Source: Eledone cirrhosa | Taxonomy: Eukaryota | Direction of reading: 5' to 3' | DNA length: 64,000 nt | Assembly (NCBI GenBank): GCA_964016885.1 | Contig: OZ024740.1 | Span: 386,570,001 to 386,634,000 of the forward strand | Part shown: positions 1-13,864 of the stretch, piece by piece | Numbering within the stretch: the first letter of the stretch is position 1 | Layout: every line of letters begins with the position of its first letter | Translations under genes and position numbers: made by a program | The notes under the pieces: generated by a model | What the model saw: the letters and a program-made list of their open reading frames with translations, nothing else | Told to the model about the DNA's origin: nothing | Databases searched by the model: none

Positions 1-45
1 CACATACATATATACATACACATATACATATATATATATGTAAAT

Positions 46-203
46 GTGGTTGGTGTTAGGAAGGGCATCCAACTGTAGAAAACCTGCCAGACAGTCCTAT
101 GCGAGCAAGACAATCACTCTTGCCTCAAGTGGGAATACCCCCGTCCAAACCCATGCAAGCGTGGAACACGGACGTTAAACGTTGATGATGATGATGATGA
201 TGA
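46..203 (+). mobile_element. RTE LINE 3'-UTR fragment with (GAT)n tail
   Basis: Near-identical to the 3' end of the RTE at 25865-26023 (aagggcatcc...caagtggg...gacgttaaacg) and ends in gatgatgat. Confidence 0.85.
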
Positions 204-1299
204 TATACATACATATATACATATACACACATATACATACATATACATATACATACATATATACATATATACACATATACATATACACATACATATATAT
301 ACATATACATACACATATACATACATACACATATACACACATATATACATATATATACATATACATATACATACACACATACATATACATACATATACAT
401 ATACACACATATACATATACATATACATATACATACATATACATACATATACACATACATATACACATACACATATACACATACATACATATATATATAC
501 ACATACACATACATATATATATATATACATATACATACATATACATACACACATATACACATACACATATATATACACATATACATACATATACATACAC
601 ATATACATACATATATATACACACATACATACATACATATACACATATACATACATATATATATATACACACATACATACATATATATACACATATACAT
701 ACATATATATACATACACATATACATACATATACACATATACACACATACATATATATATATACACATATACATACATACACATATATACATACATACAT
801 ATATACATATACACATATACATACATACATATATATACACATATACAGACATACACATATATATATATACACATATACATACATACATATACACATATAC
901 ACACATACATACATACATATACACATACATATATACATACATACATACATATACATATATACACACATACACATATACATACATACATACATATACACAT
1001 ATACACATATACATACATACATATATATACACATATACATACATACATACATACATATATACATATATACATACATACACACATATATATACATATATAC
1101 ATACATACATACATATATATACACACATACATACATACATACATATATATACATATATACATACATACATATACACATATACACATATACATACATACAT
1201 ATACATATATACACACATACATACATACATACATACACATATATACATATATACATACATACATACATATATACATATATACATACATACATATACACA

Positions 1300-1331
<32 letters not shown>

Positions 1332-1583
1332 CATACATACACATATATATACATACATACACACATATATACATACATACATACATATACACATATACAT
1401 ACATACATATACATACATACATATATACATACACATACATACATATATATATACATACACACACACACATATACATACATACATATATATATATACATAT
1501 ATACATACACACATACATATATATATACACATATACATACATACATACATATATATATACATATATACATACATACATACACA

Positions 1584-1619
<36 letters not shown>

Positions 1620-1642
1620 CACATATACATACACATATATAT
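203..1642. repeat. Compound (CA/TA/CATA)n microsatellite
   Basis: Directly visible; source of the spurious YVCM/HTYI ORFs. Confidence 0.97.
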
Positions 1643-2251
1643 ATGGTGGCTGCCAACTCGTTTTCGAGTATGGCCACTACTTTATATCCATGTAGGACAA
1701 CCCCGACCGATGCACTGAACGAGTGTGACTTTTTAGTCCAGCCAGCGAATTGAAAACTCTGGTACAAACACTACACTTGTGACAATTATTGACACATAGT
1801 GCTTTGCCCTTGGTACCATGTGACAAGTGCAGAGAGATCTCCAGATATAAAGCAATGCCTGTGCCGTGAAGCTTTTATAGTGAGCAAAGGCACTGCACAA
1901 AGCCAGTCCCACTCTCTTAACCAAGATGATATTTACCAAAAAGAAGAACAAGTCAACATCATTGGATACCATCAGGGTTGCAGGTGTTATATCAGAGTTT
2001 TCCTTCTCCTAGAATTCTGCCTTGACAAAGGCTAAGGGGTCATCTCTCCCAGTGATTTTGGATGGCCATTGACTCTTAAGAGCTCCTTTGCCCTTTGACA
2101 GGTTTTGTTTTTAGTCCTGCAGGATGTCCAAAGTCACCCTCCTCACCAAGAAACCTTGGTTGGGTTGCCAGTTTAGTCGCCAACGACCCGACCATGAGAC
2201 AGGTTGTACTGGGATACATGTTACCAGTAGCACCAAGTGGTGACCTGACAT
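1643..2251 (-). mobile_element. ~610 bp non-coding interspersed repeat, probably a non-autonomous retroelement
   Basis: Reverse-complement copies at 42182-42594 and 45079-45421; diverged relative at 18441-18665; flanked by microsatellites. Confidence 0.75.
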
Positions 2252-2701
2252 AAGACCTGACATACATACATACATACATACATACATACATACATACATA
2301 CATACATACATACATACATACATACATACATACATACATACATACACACAATCATACGTATATACACACGTACATACAAACACATACATACACACATATG
2401 TACATGCATACATATGCATGCACAATATTTGAAAAATATACACACACCTCTACATATTCACACACGCAAATAAATATAAGAAAAAATATATATAAAAAAT
2501 AATAAAGACAAAAGTTGACAGCGATACAGGCAACAAATAAATGAAAAAACACACGTGGTAAGCAATACACACAAATGCACGTACACATACATACGTAAAA
2601 ATAAATACATACACACACTCTCACACATAAATATACATATACAAATACATAAGCACATACATACGCATACACAAATACATACACACACACACACACACAC
2701 A

Positions 2702-2755
<54 letters not shown>

Positions 2756-2794
2756 CACATATACACACACATATACATACACACACATATACAT

Positions 2795-2861
<67 letters not shown>

Positions 2862-2984
2862 AGAGGTGAGTTTTATTGTAGTACAATAAAGCAATGCAGA
2901 TATCGGATAAGAAGCACTCTACAGTTTGTAGGACTGGAGTATACATAATATAAGATCAAAAGATGGTTAAAGGAGTTCCATGTA

Positions 2985-3051
2985 TTTTATTATGCGCATT
3001 TCAAAAACAAACATCATCAAGCAATAATATTTGTGTTTTCATCAGATAAAA
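2985..3051 (-). ncRNA. Hammerhead ribozyme, minimal type I (family A)
   Basis: Minus strand: ttttat-CTGATGA-long stem II (acaaatattatt/gatgatgtttgt)-GAAA-tgcgca palindrome-TA-ataaaa. Confidence 0.85.
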
Positions 3052-3120
3052 CAGGAGAACATGATATGAAGGCTAAAAAACACTTGTGGATAGTGCAGTT
3101 TTAAATCAACATATCTCCTG

Positions 3121-3187
3121 TTTTATCTGATGAAAACACAAATATTATTGCTTGATGATGTTTGTTTTTGAAATGCGCATAATAAAA
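3121..3187 (+). ncRNA. Hammerhead ribozyme (family A), inverted copy
   Basis: ttttat CTGATGA aaacacaaatattattgcttgatgatgtttgttttt GAAA tgcgca TA ataaaa. Confidence 0.85.
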
Positions 3188-3217
3188 TACATGGAACTCC
3201 TTTAACCATCTTTTGAT

Positions 3218-3261
<44 letters not shown>

Positions 3262-3267
<6 letters not shown>

Positions 3268-3975
3268 CAGGTTTAGCAAATAATGAAAAAGTTTCAAAAT
3301 AAATTTTAAAAAATTGACTTTGCTTACTATAGTTACCTTTACTGAGTCGGTTTCGAATCTCAAAAATAAACGGAGACCATACGGCCTTCGTTGCAAAGAA
3401 AGATTCTCGTCAGAAGGTTCTTTTCATTCGAAGAATATAAAATTCTTGAATTTAAATTACGAACTAGCGCTACCCAAAACTGTTCCCGAGATGAGAGTAA
3501 ATGAAGTGGAATCAATTTTTTCAAGGGCCGAAGTAAAGATAAAGGCAGAGAGAGGTAGGTCAAACGGCCACCACTATCACTAGCAGCAGTCGGAACGACC
3601 AAATTTTTTTCTCAACATAGAGCAGATTAGTAATAATAGGATATGTGTTCCTACACGCACAAAGCGCTAAGGGACACATGTATTGTCCAACCATATGCCA
3701 ATGTGGTTCAATGGCAGGTTAAGAAATTAACGAGCCAGAACAAATATAATCAGGTTTAGCAAATAATGAAAAAGTTTCAAAATAAATTTTAAAAAATTGA
3801 CTTTACTTACTATAGTAAAATTTATTTTGAAACTTTTTCATTATTTGCTAAACCTGATTATATTTGTTCTGGCTCGTTAATTTCTTAACCTGCCATTGAA
3901 CCACATTGGCATATGGTTGGACAATACATGTGTCCCTTAGCGCTTTGTGCGTGTAGGAACACATATCCTATTATA
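3262..3975 (-). mobile_element. Non-autonomous HHR element with terminal direct repeat and 5' inversion
   Basis: Direct repeat 3262-3333/3745-3816; 3817-3975 is an inverted copy of ~3632-3790; flanked by (TA)n. Confidence 0.75.
3335..3418 (-). ncRNA. Hammerhead ribozyme (family B)
   Basis: Minus strand: acctt-CTGACGA-gaatct...agattc-GAAA-ccgactcag-TA-aaggt; perfect stems I and II. Confidence 0.85.
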
Positions 3976-4124
3976 TATATATATATATATATACACATAC
4001 ATATATACACATACATATATACATACATACATATATACACATACACACACATACATACATAGCCATACAATTATACACATACAAATACGTACATATCACA
4101 AAGACGCACAACCAAATACAAACG

Positions 4125-4164
<40 letters not shown>

Positions 4165-4263
4165 AAGTAATTCCATCGGAAAAGTCCAGGAAAAAAGAGT
4201 GCTCTATGTATGCAACAGAGCTTAATTATTATTATTATGTAATAAACAACATAAGGCAATTAT

Positions 4264-4321
4264 TCCATTTACCAGTGGTTTCTTAAAAGCAAAAGGTTTT
4301 GCTTTCAATCCTCAGAATGAA
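4264..4321 (-). ncRNA. Hammerhead ribozyme (family C)
   Basis: Minus strand: ttcatt-CTGAGGA-ttgaaagcaaaa cc ttttgcttttaa-GAAA-ccactgg-TA-aatgga. Confidence 0.85.
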
Positions 4322-4519
4322 AAATCCTGGTTTGTTTATTGAATATGAATTCTAAAAACAAAAATGCAATCTATATGAAAGTGAGGCTGGAAAAGGGAGA
4401 AGGAAAGGAAAAATAAAATAAAACTACACATGCAAACACACAAAAAAACACAAAAGCATACTTACACACACATACATATATACACATATATATAAATGCA
4501 CGCATACACATATACATAT

Positions 4520-4628
<109 letters not shown>

Positions 4629-4694
4629 AAGAGCGTACACCTACACACACATACACATATATACACACATATACACATACATATATTCATACAT

Positions 4695-4732
<38 letters not shown>

Positions 4733-4775
4733 GCACACACATACACACACACATATATATACACATGTACATATC

Positions 4776-4817
<42 letters not shown>

Positions 4818-5233
4818 TACATATATACACATATACATACACACACACACACATGTGTGCGTACAAGCATACACATACACACACACATATATATATACAC
4901 ACACATACATACATTCACACAAACATACAACGTACATACATACACATACATGAATGCACTCCACTACATATTAACACACGCATATAAGAAAAAAAAATAT
5001 AAATATATATTAACAAATTTTTGACAGCGATACATGCCCCAGCTAACAGGACAGACACGCGTGGTAAGTAATACACACATAAGCACATATACATACGTTC
5101 GAAATAGTAAACACATACACACACTCTCACACATAAATATACATATACAAATACATAAACACGTACATACACATACATACACAAACACGTACACGTGTAC
5201 AATATAAACACACACATGTATATGTAATTATAT

Positions 5234-5289
<56 letters not shown>

Positions 5290-5293
<4 letters not shown>

Positions 5294-5478
5294 GTTTCTA
5301 TTTTAGGCACAAGGCCAGCAATAACCCAGTGCATTACTGGTACTTTATTTTATCGACCCCGTAAGGATGAAAGGCAAAGTCAACCTCGGCGGGATTTGAA
5401 CTCAGATCGTAAAGGGACGTAACTATGCTGGAAAGCATGGCGTCCGTCCCTCTACCGATACTGCCAATCCACCGCCCC
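5290..5478 (-). mobile_element. SINE (tRNA-like head)
   Basis: B-box-like gagttcaaatcc; near-identical copies at 16031-16216 and 32277-32463. Confidence 0.85.
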
Positions 5479-5531
5479 TATATATATATATATAATATAA
5501 GATCAAAAGATGGTTAAAGGAGTTCCATATA

Positions 5532-5598
5532 TTTTATTATGCGCATTTCAAAAACAAACATCATCAAGCAATAATATTTGTGTTTTCATCAGATAAAA
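5532..5598 (-). ncRNA. Hammerhead ribozyme (family A)
   Basis: Same motif as 2985-3051, lying about 1 kb downstream of the GIY-YIG stop. Confidence 0.85.
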
Positions 5599-6584
5599 CA
5601 GGAGAACATGATATGAAGGCTAAAAAAACACTTGTTGATAGTGCAGTTTTAAATCAACATATGAAAAGTGGTTTTAGATTGATGTGTGATATTGGGAAAA
5701 ATATTTTATTTAGAGAGGGGGGGGGGGAAGGATGAAAAGGGAAGGAGATGAGAGGGAGAGATGGGTGATAGAGAGAAAGAGATAGTTTTTATAACTGAGA
5801 GGAGATATATTTTTTACATAGAGGTGTTGAAAACCGTTGGAAGATACTGTATAAATTAAAATTTTGAAAATTAACGAAGGGAGGATATGTGCGAGGAAAA
5901 AATATTTTATTTAGGGAGGGGCGGGTGGAAAGGATGAAAAAAAGGGGGGAGGAGATGAGAGTGAAGGTGGAGAGGGAGAGATGGGTGATAGAGAGAAAGA
6001 GATAGTTTTTATAACTGAGAAAAAGATATATTGTTTTAATATAGAGAGGTTGGGAACCGTTGGAAGATAATGTATAAATTAAAGGAATTTGAAAATTAAC
6101 GAAGGGAAATTATGTATGAAGATAGAGAGAAAAAAATAATAATTGTGGGTGAATATTCTAACGTCAAAAGAAGAAATGTATGTATTGTGGCAATTTCAAA
6201 ATTAGCGAAGAGAAAAATTAAGGTTTGTGTGTAGAAGGATTTGAGAAAAATAATGTGAAGTTAAAGTTTGTATATTGAATTGATATGTATTAATAATGAG
6301 TTCGTTGATGGGGAGAAAAAAAAAAAAATAATAATAAATTAAGGATGAAATTGAGATTAAAAAGATTTATGATAGAGAGAAAAAATAATAATGATTGCGG
6401 ATGAATATTCAAAATGTCAAAAACAAATGTTATTATTTTACGAGAAGATAGAATGAGGGTAATGAGTAAACGAGTATTATAGAGTGTATAATGCCCTTTA
6501 AAGTAAGGTAGATGGGCATATTTTAAAGAGGTGTATGTATATGTGCCTTTGAGAAAAGATTCTAAATTGATAAAGAATTGAATA

Positions 6585-7028
6585 TTAACTGTATACTTTG
6601 TGAAAAGTTCTATGGAATTTATGCAGGCAGATAGAAAACAAATCTGAGCGTCTATTTATTATAGATTCTAGGTTAGAGATAATGGTAAATTTTTCATTTA
6701 GGCAGAGATTACAGATTTTAGATAGAGAGCTGTTCAAGTATGGGGATGCAGAAGAAATCTTTTTCCAAAAGATGTTATATTTAATGTTTTTGTCTTTTAA
6801 GGACCATATGAGTTCTGAGAGAGCAGTGTTAGTTCTTTTAAGTTTGTATTTGAAAGATGAATGATGATTATAGAGACGAGCTTTAAAAGAGGTGGAAGTG
6901 GAGCCAAAATAGGTGAAGGAATTGGTGCTAGTTATAATTTTACATTCATAAATTAAGTTTTTATCGAGGCAATGGTTGTTGAGAGGACATTTATTTTTAA
7001 TGCGGCAGTTGCAATTAGAGAGATTATT
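6585..7028 (-). pseudogene. PLE GIY-YIG endonuclease fragment
   Basis: CNCRIKNKCPLNNHC linker, LIY...YFG, FKARLYNH, CNLCLNEK, C-terminal C-x-H. Confidence 0.9.
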
Positions 7029-7502
7029 AATATATATATATATATATATATACATACAAAAATATAAAAATAAAAAAATAAAAAAATATAAACGCACACA
7101 CACATATAAATACGTAAACACACATATACATACATAGCTAAACAATTATACACATGCAAATACGTATATATCAAAAGAACGCACAACCAAATACAAACAC
7201 ACACACATATACACACACACAAACCCACACATACATAAAAATAAATAAATACACACGCACACATATACATACATACACATACATATACATATATACATAT
7301 ATAAATATACATATATATATATACACATATATATATAAATATATATATACACACATACACGTACACATACACACATGCATACACATACACACACACATAT
7401 ACATGTGTGTATGTGTAAAGCTCAGTATTAGATAAGACAAATGAACTTTACATAAACGTATATATATAGTAGTAAAGTAATAAAGCCATACAAGGCAATT
7501 AA

Positions 7503-7560
7503 TCCATTCACCAGAGGTTTCTTAAAAGCAAAAAAAGTTTCCTTCAATCTTCAGAATGAA
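7503..7560 (-). ncRNA. Hammerhead ribozyme (family C), GUG cleavage triplet, probably inactive
   Basis: ttcatt-CTGAAGA-stem II-GAAA-cctctgg-TG-aatgga. Confidence 0.65.
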
Positions 7561-7649
7561 AAAAAGGGGGGCCTGGTTTATCCACATATACATACATATA
7601 CACACACAAATATACAAATATATACACACATACAGACACGCACACACAC

Positions 7650-7690
<41 letters not shown>

Positions 7691-7996
7691 CAGACATATA
7701 TACATACATATATATACACATACATATATATACACACATACATACATATATATATATACATACACAAACATATACGTACACATATACATATATACACACA
7801 AAAATACATACACATACACATAGGTATGTGAAGGGCAAAACAAAAAGAATATATGGGGGCTGGGGGGGGGGGGCGGCTAAGAGGAGGTAAAATATAAGGG
7901 GAGGTAAGGGAGAAAAAAATTATAATTATACAAGAGTACAGAAGGTAGAAGCAGCAAAATAAAAACCGTAGCAAAAGTAAAGAGCAGAGAAGGAGT

Positions 7997-8514
7997 TCAA
8001 GGCGGTTGATTTATCGTAGGAGTGTCAATCCAGTTACAGATCAGATGCGATTTCAGATGAGGACAGCATCTGAAGATCTCAGTCTTAGAGTTAAGGCAAG
8101 CGGAAGTGTCTCTCAAGTTTAGCAAAATCCTATACTTTTCTGTGGTACACAAAGAACAATTCTTTGTGCCCTTTGGTACTCCCTCGAAAGGTCTAATATA
8201 GACCAATCAATAGAGTACGGGATATTACTATCCTTGAGATCCCATACCTTACTTGCGAGGGCCGTTGATGTTCGTTTATCTGAGTGTTTAAAAGAAGCGA
8301 CATGTGAGTAAAATCTGGTTTTAAACCTGTCCTGGGTCATACCGACATATCGCTCGCTTCTGGCTGGCTGGTTGTTGATAACTGGCGTTATTTTAGCCTC
8401 ATAAACGACAGATTTTGTGTTACATTTACCCTGCAATGGGCATTCATCCGGCTTCCTGCAACTGCATCCTGGATTTATCCTCGTACGGTTTGAACTGGTG
8501 ATTTTGGACTTCAT
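7997..8514 (-). pseudogene. PLE GIY-YIG endonuclease fragment (frameshifted)
   Basis: CSCRKPDECPLQGKC, VVY...YVG, FKTRFYSH, then CSLCTTEK in a second frame. Confidence 0.9.
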
Positions 8515-8587
8515 GGATATGTGTGTTTACGTATTTATATGTGTGTGTGCGTTTATATTTTTTTATTTTTTTATTTTTATATTTTTG

Positions 8588-8666
<79 letters not shown>

Positions 8667-9056
8667 ATATAATTACATATACATGTGTGTGTTTATATTG
8701 TATACGTGTACGTGTTTGTGTATGTACGTGTTTATGTGTGAGAGTGTGTGTATGTGTTTACTATTTCGAACGTATGTATATGTGCTTATGTGTGTATTAC
8801 TTACCACGCGTGTCTGTCCTGTTAGCTGGGGCATGTATCGCTGTCAAAAATTTGTTAATATATATTTATATATTTTTTTCTTATATGCGTGTGTTAATAT
8901 GTAGTGGAGTGCATTCATGTATGTGTATGTATGTACGTTGTATGTTTGTGTGAATGTATATATGTGTGTGTATATATATGTGTGTGTGTATGTGTATGCT
9001 TGTACACACACATGTGTGTGTGTGTGTGTGTGTGTATGTATATGTGTATATATGTA

Positions 9057-9088
<32 letters not shown>

Positions 9089-9245
9089 GTAGTAATTGTA
9101 GACAGCAACTCTTTGATTTTCCCGCTTTTACTTCGGTCCAGTTTACATACGGGTCAATTTTACGACCTTTCAGACCTTTATTAGCTGGCAGGAGGTTGTA
9201 TATTTTGTCGTTCCTGGGACGTTTAGCCCTAGGAAGGGAAAATGC

Positions 9246-9324
9246 TTCTCTGATGAGCTTTGGTTTTCCATCATAAATCCATCGGATTTATGAGGTTTTA
9301 CAAAGCGAAACTGATCAGTAAGGG
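9246..9324 (+). ncRNA. Hammerhead ribozyme (family D) inside a ~320 bp insert (9088-9408)
   Basis: ttct-CTGATGA-gctttg...caaagc-GAAA-ctgatcag palindrome-TA-aggg. Confidence 0.85.
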
Positions 9325-9477
9325 CCACTAGAAGAGGTAAATATTTATATTATATTTTTTAATGTATTTTGAAAAATTAATTGAATTTTACTTGTTCTGC
9401 TTATCTTAATATATATATATATATATATATGTATGGATATGTACATGTGTATATATATATATGTGTGTGTGTATGTG

Positions 9478-9526
<49 letters not shown>

Positions 9527-9600
9527 ATGAATATATGTATGTGTATATGTGTGTATATATGTGTGTATATATGTGTATGTGTGTGTAGGTGTACGCTCTT

Positions 9601-9663
<63 letters not shown>

Positions 9664-9864
9664 ATATGTATATGTGTATGCGTGCATTTATATATATGTG
9701 TATATATGTATGTGTGTGTAAGTATGCTTTTGTGTTTTTTTTGTGTGTGTTTGCATGTGTAGTTTTATTTTATTTTTCCTTTCCTTCTCCCTTTTCCAGC
9801 CTCACTTTCATATAGATTGCATTTTTGTTTTTAGAATCCATATTCAATAAACAAACCAGGATTT

Positions 9865-9922
9865 TTCATTCTGAGGATTGAAAGCAAAACCTTTTGCTTT
9901 TAAGAAACCACTGGTAAATGGA
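9865..9922 (+). ncRNA. Hammerhead ribozyme (family C), inverted copy
   Basis: Reverse complement of 4264-4321. Confidence 0.85.
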
Positions 9923-9953
9923 ATAATTGCCTTATGTTGTTTATTACATAATA

Positions 9954-9985
<32 letters not shown>

Positions 9986-10031
9986 AAAACTCATTCTTAG
10001 ATAATTCATATGAATCTTATTTAACTCTAAA

Positions 10032-10178
<147 letters not shown>

Positions 10179-10319
10179 CACATACACATACATACAGATA
10201 CATACTTACTAACATACACATATATACCTACACACATATATATACATACACATACGTATGCATACGTACACACACACACACACACGCACACACACACACA
10301 CACACACACATATATAACT

Positions 10320-10391
<72 letters not shown>

Positions 10392-10525
10392 TTAGGTTAA
10401 TAGGAGTTAGGTATTGTATACCCGTGTCCCATTAAGGTATTGGCAGCATAATAATTAGCTCTATGCTTTGGAGCAGAGCCGTATATATGATAAACAACAC
10501 AAGAGCGTCTACAACATCAAAAGAT

Positions 10526-10585
10526 TTTTATTGGCTTACAATGTTTCTTCCTTACGTAACCGTAGGATTCGTCAGAGCTATAAAA
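10526..10585 (-). ncRNA. Hammerhead ribozyme (family E)
   Basis: ttttatagct-CTGACGA-atcctacggttacgtaaggaa-GAAA-cattg-TA-agccaataaaa. Confidence 0.75.
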
Positions 10586-12649
10586 GGGATTTGATTGGTG
10601 TTATGGACTCTACCAACCAAACATTCAAGAACAAAGAGTAAAGAGAGTAAAGAGAAAAAGCAGGGGACGATAAGTCTAATTTTGGTGCGGGAGGGTGGGG
10701 TGTGGGTCCTTGTTTACTAGTTGTGGTCATATTCATTCCCGGGAGTTGAGTGGTTAGTTGAACCATAGATGGGGTGGCGTCGATAGTATGGTGCAGAGGG
10801 TGTGCAGAGGCTACACACACACAAAGAGCATACAATATATATATAACGGAGGAGAACGTACATGAGGTAATTAGAAATGGAAAAAGAGTAATAATAATAA
10901 TCTATAATTAATAATGTATAATAAGGCATGGGGAAGATTACACTATAATAAGGTATAAAAGTAAGAATAAGGTAAAATATAAAGGAGGATAAAAGTGAAG
11001 AAAAGAATAAAGATAAAAAATATATATATAAAAATATATAGAGAATATATAAAGAAATATAAGCAAGTATTAGAAGGGGAAAACACAATGTAAAAAAAAC
11101 GATTTTTTCAAATAAAAATATTATAAATATGGGGGGAGAAAACGGGATAGAGAAATATAATCAAATGTGATTATTTGAGAGAATATAAGATGATAATAGT
11201 TATGTCAAGCTTATACATCTTAATAATAAATAATCTGTATATCAGAGTTACACATCCTTCAATTCACTTGCAGGTTCAAGCCACGTGGCATAGTCCATTG
11301 TTTATCTGTGCGGTCATGTGCGTTTGTTTTTGACACCACAGCAGATGCACAAGTTCGTAAATTCCAATGCAGATAGAAATCTATTTTTGCTCACCCAGAC
11401 ATTGACGGAGGATCCAATATTCCTAGTTCAATATGTGTGTGGTGTTATTTTGGTCGCACAAATCAATCACTTGGTTCAATATTATGGAGTATGGTTTTCT
11501 GGTCTTCGTAACAGTGTCAGTGGTTGTATATCTCGAAATCACAAGGATCACAGTACTCCGGTTTGGTGTGATTATCGGTCATCCAACTATGTTGTCGGTG
11601 GTTGGATTCAATTCTATTGCCCCGAACGTAGAACTTTGGTGTCGATTAAACATTAACGAGGCAGAGTGAGATCGCATCTGTCGTACAAAACGGTACGCAA
11701 GGAAATTCTTCGTCTTCGTTTCATCCGGGTCCAGCAGTCACGTGCAAGAACCGCTACGTAGTAATTGTGAGGGTAAACGGTCAAGATAGTAACTGACCGA
11801 AAGTTCTCTTAGGAATTCAGACAGGCATGACAGGTACATTTAGGTCAGCAGTTTCTTTATGTGTACGTGTGTCCGATACACACAGACACATATTTATATG
11901 TATTTCAACTCAAAAAATTCAATTCATGCGCTTATTGATGTTATATCTCTGTTGCTCCGATGTGCATGTTGTGGTGTTCTGGTCGTGTTTAGTATTCACT
12001 GTTTTGCCATTACCTTGGAATGTGATGTTATGGTCATCAATAGTCCGGCAAGCGCATTCCTCTCTTATATTGTGGAGAATGCTGTTCTGGTCCTCAGTAA
12101 ACATTTGGGTCAGCAGGAGGGGTGGTGGTTCTCAGTTTTAACTGCGACAATACATACGTGTTACTCTACATATCGTGCTCCTCTCAAAGAAGAGTATTAT
12201 AGGAGGAATTCATGCCAAACATCACATATAGAGAAGACTTCTACAGAAAAAATATACAAACATACACACATATATACATATCATACACACACACATACAC
12301 ACATACACATACATATATATATACACATACATATCACATATACACATACACACAATATAATACACATGCATACAATATACATATATATATATATATACAA
12401 TATACATGTATACAATACACGCACATATGCATGCACACACGTACGCACACATATATACATATGTTTGTGTGTGTATGTGTGTGAGAGAGAAAAGGAGGAT
12501 ACACACACACACACACACACAAACACCAACCTTGTAGGGGTCTGTTCCACCCTTAGGCTACCTATCTATCTGGGTTATGGGTTGGGGGGGGGGAAGCTAT
12601 AGTCAAGGAATGGTATGTCTAGGTGGGGGTTGCGTAATATATGTTACGT

Positions 12650-13740
12650 CTATGTGCTAAGTTTAAAATAGAAGAAGGAACTCAGGATTTTGTGTTGGCA
12701 AGAGGAGAAAATTTCCGATTTCCTGTTAAGCAGGTTCAGTTTAGAGTGTATTATGGCATGGCATTCCAGTAAACACAGGTCACAACTTCCGCTCTGCGGT
12801 CGGTATGGCGTGGATCTAGTAAGCTTCCTCCAAAAAAGTGTGTATGGGGTACTACTATTTTTTAAAAAGGAGATGTATCCCGCCAGTGAGGTGGCATTCT
12901 TATGTCTATCGTGTCTAAATGTGCCCATATGCGCGTTAAATCTAGTTTTAAATGTATTGGACGTTGCTCCTATATATGTTTTGGTAGAGTTGTGTGTGGT
13001 TACGTCACATGCATATACGATGTTTTTCATGAGGCAAGCCCCCCTTAGGGGACAATTACTACTCTGCCTACAATTGCAACTGCGGGTTCGATAAGTTAGC
13101 GTACCTCCCGAACTTTGGTTACTAGCATTATCACTAGGTGCTTCTATATCATTATATGGCTCAGTGATGCTATTATGTTTCCCATTTTCCAGTGTAGTCG
13201 GTTGCTGGTGGTTAACTGCCCTTTTAATTGCTTCGAAACCTTCCCTAGTTTTCCTAATGTTCGTGCGTACTAGGTGTGATGTGAGGTTAGGTGTGGTCGA
13301 ATAGGATAATTTAATCACGTTTTTGTTAATTATGTTGCGATATCTATTGCTTGGTGGGAAGTTTTTTCTAATAATGAGAAGAATACTCTGGGGAGGTTAG
13401 TGAGGACCTCAGAGTTAAAAGGTGGGTTAAAATACATGTTTTTCCTTCTTCTATTTTTCTTATCTGTGGGGTGAGTCTCGTTATTGTGCGTACTATTTTG
13501 TAGGGTTCCGTTATTAACGTTAGTGGCGTTGTCTGTTTTGCTTAAGCCCGGATGGTTTATATTCATGGCATGATCATTTGCTGTTTTAGAGTTGTGGTGA
13601 GGGACTCTAGTATTGTCTCTACGTGGTTTACATTTAGCTGGGTTACCGCCATTAGGGTTCTTGCTATTATTCTTGCCTCTAAGTTGGTTAGGCTTTGTGG
13701 CCATACTATGTGTGATTATGTTGGTAGGTTTCACACTCAT
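12650..13740 (-). pseudogene. PLE linker and GIY-YIG endonuclease (frameshifted)
   Basis: YFNPPF, KLSYSTTPNL, CNCRQSSNCPLRGAC, IVY...YIG...FKTRFNAH, CDLCLLE. Confidence 0.92.
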
Positions 13741-13864
13741 GGTTTGGGAGTCCTTATGTATATATGATAATCTACTCCCGTAACCAGATTCAGCTAGGGC
13801 CTTGTCATAATACTCTGCATTGGAGTTGAAGATACTCTCATTACAGGACAGTCTGCTAATTCTA

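Larger units (their letters stand above)
5495..7028 (-). mobile_element. 5'-truncated PLE: GIY-YIG, 3' UTR and HHR
   Basis: GIY-YIG ORF followed by a pyrimidine-rich UTR and a family-A HHR; flanked by (TA)n. Confidence 0.85.

Noticed and set aside
114-1767. 500+ aa ORFs rich in Y/V/C/M/I/H/T, and dozens of similar ORFs across the window
   Set aside because: Translations of CA/TA microsatellites that lack stop codons; not genes.
11318-11669. Duplicated ORFs also seen at 15256-15607
   Set aside because: Duplication is explained by the inverted arms; no recognisable domain.
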